Assembly (NCBI GenBank): GCA_009602725.1 | Contig: WELB01000003.1 | Location: 207,250-227,249, forward strand | Reading direction: 5' to 3' | Source of the DNA: Spirogloea muscicola | Lineage: Eukaryota | DNA: 20,000 bases | In this document: piece by piece, positions 10,001 through 19,000 of the stretch | How positions within the stretch are numbered: position 1 is the first letter of the stretch | How the letters are laid out: each line of letters opens with the position of its first letter | Notes under the pieces: generated by a model | The model's database searches: none | The model's input: the letters and a program-made list of their open reading frames with translations, nothing else | Told to the model about the DNA's origin: nothing | Position numbers and translations under genes: made by a program

Positions 10001-13000
10001 GCGTAGTGTGGACATGGAGCTCAGCAGAGGCAATAAGACCTGATGAGAAATGGACTTGCATCGTGGGGCCTGACTGCCCCCTGCCTTTGTGTATCCTCAG
10101 TATCAAAGCTGCAGCACAGCTGGATTGCTGTGTTGTTCTTGACCTGCAAGTGCAGATGTGCTATGATGTGTGACAATGAGTCAACACTTTCCATCCTCGC
10201 TCGATTGGTGTGATGCCTCAAGCTTGCAAGGCGGATTGACATCAGTCATTGGTGACACAGACCAATGGTTATTTGCAATCAACAACACTTTTTCGTAATT
10301 GCACACAGCAATTTGCACTGGACCCAACCCAACATCCAGTGCAAATGAAGGAGGTCACGTGAGCTAAGTGCTGGAAGGAGGGATTGTGCTTTAAGTGCTG
10401 GACAGGTGCACCATGCAGGAATAAGCAGGAGAGTATTTGATGCCGTAGGGTTGAGCCAGGTCCAAAGCTCCAGCCACAAACAAACCCATATCTAAGATAG
10501 GCTCGCTTAGGAGCGCATCAACCTGGTGGAACGACAGGGAGTATGGTGTCAGTTGCTAGTGGACCACACAAAGACTCCCCCCGAATTTCCAAGATTCACC
10601 CACATGCATTAGCAACTGCTTGGAGTGTCTGCAATCAGTGCTATGCCACGGAAGAAATGCTCCATGCTGGTCAGATGCAGACTGTCGTGGAGACAGGCTC
10701 ACAAAGACTCATATGTCTGCTTCAGAGCTTTACTTTGCCAATTTCAAGGTGGACAATGACAGGAGACATGGAATATGTAGGCATGTCATTGTATGCTGAA
10801 TCTGTTTGTATGATCAGGGACAAATCCAAGCTAACAGGCTTTATGACAGATTCCCTGCACTCAGCTCACAAAGGTATTGGTCATGAAGCTGCACGAAGCA
10901 GCCAAATCATTTGAGCAATATTGCACCCAATTTTGGTAGGACAAATTTTCAGTATTCCACAAGCATCGTGCTCAGGTACAGTATCACGTTAGCACAACTA
11001 GCACAGCAGGACCAAGAGCCTCTAATACATCTTTGGCATACAGCAGATTGTGGATGTGCAGCCCAAACACACAGTAGCAAGTAATGAAAGATCAATACTG
11101 TGCTCACCAGTGGCTGCAGCGAGAGTCAAAGTACTCCAGCCCTACGAGGCCTTTCATGAATGCTTGAGCCCTTCTTGGGAATACATGGGCAATCCCCTCC
11201 CTTCCCTGCAGCTTAAGTCTGGTAAGAGGCAGCAGTTGCCTCACATCTCCCCTTGGCTCGTACAGGAGCGTTACCGTCAATGGGCCATCAAGTTGACATA
11301 ACACTTCTGGAAGCCTTGCCCTCATCTCAGCAAGCTGTGTAGTGTCTGCAGACTCCATGAGACTATGGTGGCTATTCTTTGCTGGTACTTCACTACATGT
11401 TGCAAGGCCGTCTTCCCTGGGCTTGTCATCACCTGGAAGTAGCTCGTCCACCCAGGCTGCCTCCATGCAACCTGACTCCTCTTTCATAGTTGCACCCATG
11501 CTCCTTGTGTGCTCAGCAAGGACTTGTAGGCTGATTGCAGAGGACAGCGTTGCCTCCACCAGAGTTGGCGTACCTCCAATGAATGACAGGGCTCGCTTAC
11601 TCTTCTTATTGATCAATGCCAGCTTCGGCCCATGCTTGCATTCGAAAGTGGTGAAGTCCTCATCTGTGTTATCTTCTGAGCTTGGGACCTTTTCAAGCCG
11701 CCACAGCTCCCAGGACTTGGTGTTGGTGCTTGCTACCTCAACCATACCAGAGCCAGTGTCGTACTTCACTTTCAGAGGCTCCCCACCAGGGCTTGATGCT
11801 TGTAGAGATTCTAAGACGAACCAGTCCCGCCGGCTTCCCACGTATTTCACCTGAAGATCAGCATCATCGAGAACTGAAGGATGTCATAGGCCCAATGCAT
11901 TCTGTAGTATACTAGAAGATGAAGTGAGCCTGTTGAACCAGGATACCAGACTGTCTTGAAGGTCTGCAGTAGTGAGAGCTGTTACTGGTGTACTGGGTTG
12001 AATCCCTCACCTGGAAAAGGGCCCTTTTGCCAAAACTGTAGTGCCTCTCCCCAACAAGGCGATAACCACTTCTGGCCTTAGCTCTTGCTACTCTGGTCCC
12101 ACTTCTTCTCATCCCCGTTGTGTGACTCTGCCAATCCCTATTATCCTCAACCGCAAAGTACTGGCATGCATTACAGTCGTAGATTGCTACTACAGAGCCT
12201 GCACAATGCACAGAGATCCTGAGCTAGTGTCTCGCTTGTTGAGGCTTGAGTGGTCAGTAGCAAGCAAAACCTTGCCACTGCAGCACGGTAACTGTCAAGT
12301 ATGACGCCATCACGTATGTATGACACCTCAGATGCTATGAGAGTGATGGTGGCGAGTTCAAGGTCGACCAACTGGACCTAGCAACACAGAGGACAGGAGG
12401 TACTTGCCATCAGGGGGAGAGATGCCAGATGTTCCACTCTGAACAACTTGCCCATCTGGATGGGAGCTCTGAGCTCTTGAAGCACTTGGCGTTGTTGTTG
12501 TAGACTTTTTTGAGGAAGTCGACAAGAGTGCCAGGAGAGGAGCAAGAAGATTCACCAGAAGCTGAAGAGTGCAAGGTGTCGGTTTGCATCTTAGACTTCA
12601 TTGCTCTGACGCATTTTGCATTCAGCATCCTATCGTACGAAAGCTGCAAGTGTGGAGCGCATGGAATGAAAGACAATCTTAACCCAATGTCAAGCTGCAG
12701 ATTGAGAGCCATTATGGGCCTACTTTGGAAGTCATAAGCCATGGATAAACGAGCTCATGCTTGCAGCAAGCTCTCGATCGAAGAATCAGAAATCAGAAAT
12801 CACCTCAAATTCTGACGTTGTAACAAGTATCTCACCGCCGCGAAGCTGGCACCTGCCAGTCAATGCTCCGCTCCAGGTAGTAGTATGGACCCGCTCTGTA
12901 TCAGCTAATTCCACCAGTATTTGAAGTCTGTCCAAGATGCACCGTTCCTCAAAGCCCTCCCTGTCCTGGCTGCCTTCTGCCTGCTTTTGACCTTCAATCT

Positions 13001-16000
13001 TCTCCACATCTTCGACTTCTTGTGCATCACTTGACCTTGAAGAAGCAGGCCCTGGGGTGATCGAGCACACCCACGTTGATATCTCTGATACTGGATCTCA
13101 CCACAACAGCAAGGATGCAGGATGCAAATCCTCGACGAAAGCATAGATGCATATTGTTTAGTGCTATGTATATGTAGCATACCGTCACTTGTGGCGTAGT
13201 CAACTTTGACATCAGCTGCATGAAGAGGCATGCTTGACTTAACATCATCACCATCTCGCTCATCTGGCCCTGACATGGCAGACAGCCCTTTCAAGCTGCA
13301 CAAAGAGGAGCACCAGTTGCAAATAAGTTCGATACACTTGGTTTCAGTACCTGGCACATAGGTCGAATGAACTTAGTGGATGTCATGACGTGCTCTCTGA
13401 TCAGGTCTAGTCCACCCCACATGCATCGAAATGCATCAGCACAGACCTGCAAGCATGGAATGAATTGCTAGATTGCTTGCTAGATTGCCAGCAGATCTCA
13501 GGCTGTGACGTCCTCCCACCTGTCAGCATGAACTGTGTTATCTTCTGTGCTATCAGGTGATGGTAGCATTTGCATGGACTTGCTTTCTCCCAGTGTATGA
13601 GCTTGAAGTCCGTGGACGGATAGCCTCTCCAACAATATCTTGATAGCTAATTGATGTGCTAGCAGTAGAGCAGACAAAGAAGCATCTACCTGAAGAAGAA
13701 GTCCTGCTGGAGGCTCTGGAAAGCACACAGAAGATGGGGCTAAAGCGTCAGTGGTCTTTGTGTCAGCGATCAAAGCAATGTAGGCAATCACGCACTGCCT
13801 TCAGAGATTACCACAATTATACTTTGGATATTACATCAACAACAACAAGCATGAGCTGCCTTTGCAGCTACATAAATTATCATTGGCAAAGCCTCCATGG
13901 CAGATCCTTAGCTCAATCTAGACGAAAACTCCCATGGCTGCTGCTTCTTCATCATCAGGAGAAAGGGAGAAGACTTACGGTGCAAAGTTGTGCTTCCCCT
14001 AGCAAGCACCAGCGCACAAGACTGGATATCAATAGACACCTTGCCCTTCCAGAATGAAGACCAATCAGACACTTGATCACCACCATGAGTCCTGTCCTTC
14101 ATTCCTCCTGTGTCTTGCTGTCGACTAGGCTGTTGTGGAGCCTCCCAACCAGAAGAAGAGCGACCAATCTTCATGCCTATCATTCTTGACATTCTTGTCA
14201 CAGATGTAGTAATACGTGCTGGAAGGTGCAACAACTCAACCATAGCCAGCGGATCCAGCACAACAAGGCCATTCTGAGCAGACCAAGAAGACAAGTGAGG
14301 CACACCATGATGCAGTTATTGCTAGTAGCATTGGTGACAAAAGCTTATAACACAGTCCTGATTCCTGAATTTAAAATGGAGACTTCACATTACCTGGATT
14401 GTAACACTTAGCCCCTGAAAGCTGTCTTCAACATGCATGGCCACCTTCATACTCTGAGCCGCTGAGCCTGGGGAGTTTGATTGTGACTCAGGACGAGCTC
14501 GTACGGCCTCATTCAGTATACTTCCACTTGTTGCATCTTGATTAGTGATTTGGCCCACACTCAAAGTGCCCGAGAGCCACTGATAATCTGCATTTTCGCT
14601 ATTCTTTCCCTTGTCTCTTGCAGTGCTTCTCGCATCTGGAACATGTTGTATACATGCTCTTGTGTGCTCAGAAAGACAATCGCCAAGATCTTGTACATCC
14701 TCACATTCAGATTCCACCCTTCTTGAGCTGCTTGTACTAGCACTGAGATGCTGGTAGAAGGATGCATCATCTCTTTGGTCCCGGTCCAATGCTACCAGGA
14801 AGCCCTTACCAAAGCCAGATAAGTGAATGGAGCAATCCAGGATAGTGAGCGCAGCTTGCACATTTCTGTGCGTTCTGACAGTCTCTGGCACTTCATCTGT
14901 ATTGACTTTTCCAGCCGAGTATGTCTTATCAGAAGTCCACTGACCAGCAGCTGATGCTGGAGACTTGGAAGGAAGGACTGAGAGACTGACATGTTCCAGT
15001 CCACCTTGTATGATACCTTGGTGAAAGCTCCCAAGCTGGCCAACCAAGGTAAAAGCTTGCAGAAGCAGCTCAACAGACTCCTTGGGAGCACTTTGTGAGC
15101 TCTTGTGAGAGAGGCTTCTTCGTGTGTTTCTTGATGAGCTCAATGACCAGTCCTTGTCACTACTGGTGCCGCTTTGCTTGCCGCCTGCTTCAGTCGAGGC
15201 AGACCTCCAGCTTCCCACTCTGTCAACTGGCAGGTTATCCAGAGTCACTTGCAAGGAGCCCAGAACCAACTGCGAATGCAAGAAGTAGGAGTTGCTGTTG
15301 GGGACCCACACTGGGAAGCCTGGCACGCTGGATTGCCCAGACCTGGCAGAGCAGTCCTCGTGCCTGTGCACTTTGGTAAGGCCTTGGCCATCACTCGTGC
15401 TGGCCCCCATCAGGAGGTTTGCGATCTGCAGAGGCGTGCACAACCATTCTAAGACTCAAGTACCAAGATATACCGTGTAGATGACTCCAGCACAAAGTCT
15501 TGCTAGGCATATGCTCTTGGATATTCCTGATTAGTAGCTAAGCAACAAACAAGCACGCCAATCGTAACAACGGGGGGACTGCAAGCCTTTCCAACCTTCC
15601 TTTCTCAACCCAAGTGGCTTGTTAAAAGGCTTCTTCATAGAGAGAAAGATGTTAAGGGATGGCAGTAGCTACAGCATTGACTACAGTTAGCGAACGTCTC
15701 TGACCCTTGTGACAACTGCAGCTTCTTCTGGAGTAACGTGTAGCTGAACAGTTGGAACTTCAGCCTTGATAGCTGCTGAGACATGGTTGCTCACGTTTAG
15801 GAGCATAGGAGAAATCTCCCTGCAGCAAGAGCAGGCACAGTTTATGAATTCCTGTTGGTCGTCATCAGAAAGGACACATTCTCAGGATTCTGAAGATTTC
15901 CTCACCAGCCTCAAAGCCCAGCATAGACACTGGAGTCCCACTCGATTGAGATACAGTAACTAATGAGTGATGCAGAGGAGGCATCATCCACGGTACCTGT

Positions 16001-19000
16001 GGAAGGAAGCTTGCACGGCACCGTTTGTGCGTTCAAGAAGAGTCCGACCTCCACCCCGCTTCAATGTAGAGTTTTCCAAAGTCACTGTGGCGCCATCGAC
16101 AGAAAGTTCATAATGATTCGAAATCTGTGACATGCCCTCCAAAGGCTCTGCATGTTGTGTTGCCTTAGCTCTGGGTCTGTTGTCCCAGGCGATTTCAGCC
16201 AAGCTCTTCCTGTCAAGTTGCCGTAGACCTGACTCGTCATTCAAGTCAGGCGCAGGCCTACTTGATTGTGTCTGGCTATCGTCCTCCGGGCTGGTAGTGG
16301 AGTGAAGAGTCCAATGACCCGCATTTACAATGAGCAAACTGGAGACCCTGCCTTCTCCAGTCTTGCCTGGTACTGCTCTATCCATCCTCTTAAGCTCACC
16401 CGTGGACAAGACAAATCTTGGACAGTCTATATCCACAAGAAGCTGCAATTTGATTGCTGGAACTGCCAAGAAAACTCCATCTGCAAGAGTCTGTAGGAGA
16501 GAAGCTAGCCAATCTACAGCATTACGCTGTATTTGACTTGCCGAAGTTTCCTGTATTTCTATGCTAGTGCTCCACTCTGGCTCCTCCTGTTTGCTTCTAC
16601 AGAAAGTTCTGGCTCCAGTAGCTACATTTTTTGGCTCCTGAGATGTGGCTGTTGTTTGAAATGCATTATGAAGGCAACTGTACAAATTGATAGAATCAGT
16701 AAAATTCTGCGGTGTAGCGTTGACTTCTAAGGCGCCCATGAGAATCTGAACTTCCACAAGATCCTCTGAAGACGTTCTCCCGTCTTGCTGAAATGCGAGC
16801 GAGCACACAAGGAAGGGCTGCGCAACCGTGGAAGGCCTTTCCCTGTTGTGTCCAATAAAGGTGGTGGTACTTGAAGGCCCTGATGCCTGCGCACCAGAAG
16901 TTGTATCCAGAACAAGCAGAGATAATATGCCACAGGCCAATGCAAATGCATGTCATGAATCAGATGCAGCTGGTATGTATAGCTATCAATTGTCTCTCCC
17001 GAAGAATGTCTACAGAAAGATTATATGCCAAACCAAGGGTCAGAAGCCTGATCTCAAGTCTCTTAATGGGAATACTTCAACAGCATTATAGGTAGCAAAT
17101 GTACACACAATTGTAAATTCAGACACACAGTACCAGAAGCCTCCATAGTTACTCTATTCATGGAAGCCTCTCCATTAGAGAAGCACAGACCTGAGTACGG
17201 AACCACGCAGAAGACACCATGGATCTTGTTGCCTGCCAGAATGTTGTCAGCTTTTTGGTCAAGGTAATAACTCCAGCATCCTTAGAAAGCCCTGCCAAGA
17301 TAAGACAAGGAAACAGATGCCTACAGGCTAGTCAATTTTTATATCAGGTGTACGTGAATAAGGCTCAGTTCCTTGAAGGAAGCAGTGCATACAGAGGCAT
17401 AATATCTGCAAGCATGCCAGGGAGTATAAGTACGAGATGATGCCAGCAGTGAAAGGGCTACACGATGAGGAAGCTTTTGCACAGGCTAGGCAAATCTGCA
17501 CCTTCTGTGATGCCAATATAACCAGGGCTGCCCTTCAAGAGGATGCGTGGTGCCTCCTCTACCTGCCCTCGATCCCTCATTGATCTTGTGAAGTGGCAGT
17601 GTATGTCAGCTTGTAAATTGAGCAGTTCTCCAAGGACAGCGCCACATGTCAAGCTTGTCTGCAGACTGCTACTTGCATAATCGACTGATGCAGAAAGCTG
17701 CTGCCAAGCAAGTCTACAGGCTGGGATTTCTTTGACCTTGCTGGTCTCGCCGCCCGCTGAAGGAGCCATGCTCACAGAAATGTAACCCATTCCAAGCTGC
17801 AGTTCACAGTGAAGCTTGACCTCGCTTTGCAACACAGAGTTTGCAACTTCAAGTGGTGTGCCATCCTTGTGAAGCAAGACCCGTTGCCGAACAATGTGCC
17901 TGGCGAGCACTATGGCTTCAGCTGGCAGAGACTTCTCCAGAAAGTCCGCCTCTTGGTCCAAATAAATGAGATCAGGTATGAATCTGCTTGTGCTACTCTC
18001 CTGCTGTAGTTGCCCTCTGTCTGTGGTGTCTGTACCTCGTCGACTTTCATGCTTCGAATCTTGGCCCCAGTACTTTTTGACAAGCCATGCCTCGTACGTC
18101 TTGGTGTACCTCCTCCGAAGGGAACTGGCCACAATTATCGCATTGACCTGCTGCCTGTTGTCTCGCACTCTTGACAAGCACCAGCGCCAGAGCTCTTTGG
18201 CTGACCTATCTTTCAAATATTCCACAGTGCTTTGCGGCTCTGTCTGTTGACCAGTTTCTACCCCGCCATTCGCTGTTTGACTTTCATATTCTGCGTTCTC
18301 ATCAGGACTTGGATAGCCAGCAGCTGTCAGCTTCCCACTCAGGTCCATAAGAACTTCAATATCAGCAATGTCCAGGTGCAGCGCAACTTCATCAACCTCA
18401 GAGTTGAGAGCAACAGCCAGCTGGGGCTCCAGTTTCAGGTATAGCTTGTGATTATGAGGTAACAGGAGAAAGACCTTCTCCATCTTGTCATCTGCAGATT
18501 CGGCTACTGAAATCTTTGGTACCTCTGCTTCCACTTGCCGTTCCTCCAAGGATGGCCCCCTGCCTGTCTGAGACCTTGCCTCTGGTAAGATGTTCTTGTC
18601 TTCACTCCCTTTTTGACTGTCTTCGACCTTGCTTTTGTTCTCAGCATCCTGTGCAGACCGGCTGCCTGCAAAGTCTCCCTTCAGAAGTGGCTCCACCTTT
18701 CCATCTCTTGATGATGAGATATTGCATTCTGATTGTCTCTTGTGTTTCATTTCTTTCTTCTCTAGGTACAAGCTCAGACCAGTGATTTGGCAGATCTTTG
18801 TAACCGCAGCTGCAGTTGCTGAGATTGCTCCGAGGACCATCTTCAGCGATGCTCCTGCTAATCCACCCTTGCCGCCTGCCCCACTCCCACTTCCTCTCTC
18901 CATGAACAGCTTTGTCACTTCTAAGCAGAGAGCTTGCCGCCCGCCAGATCTGTCAGTGAAAGGGACTCGAATACAAGCGTTCAGGATCTCAAGTTCAACA

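Noticed and set aside
11635..11680. Acidic SSEDNTDEDFTTFE as a FFAT (VAP-binding) motif
   Set aside because: Poor fit to EFFDAxE (Phe at the small-residue position) and located within the putative trefoil; not supportable without a scored scan.
11342..11854. 170-aa plus-strand ORF (similar cases at 18629-19120, 8160-8537, 13656-14057 and 4337-4603)
   Set aside because: Antisense shadows of VPS13 exons with no recognisable motifs or splice-linked continuation.
12783..12802. Short AATCAGA tandem repeat (similar small repeats near 610-629 and 5107-5119)
   Set aside because: Only 2-3 short copies, expected from ordinary slippage; no spacer structure, so not CRISPR-like.
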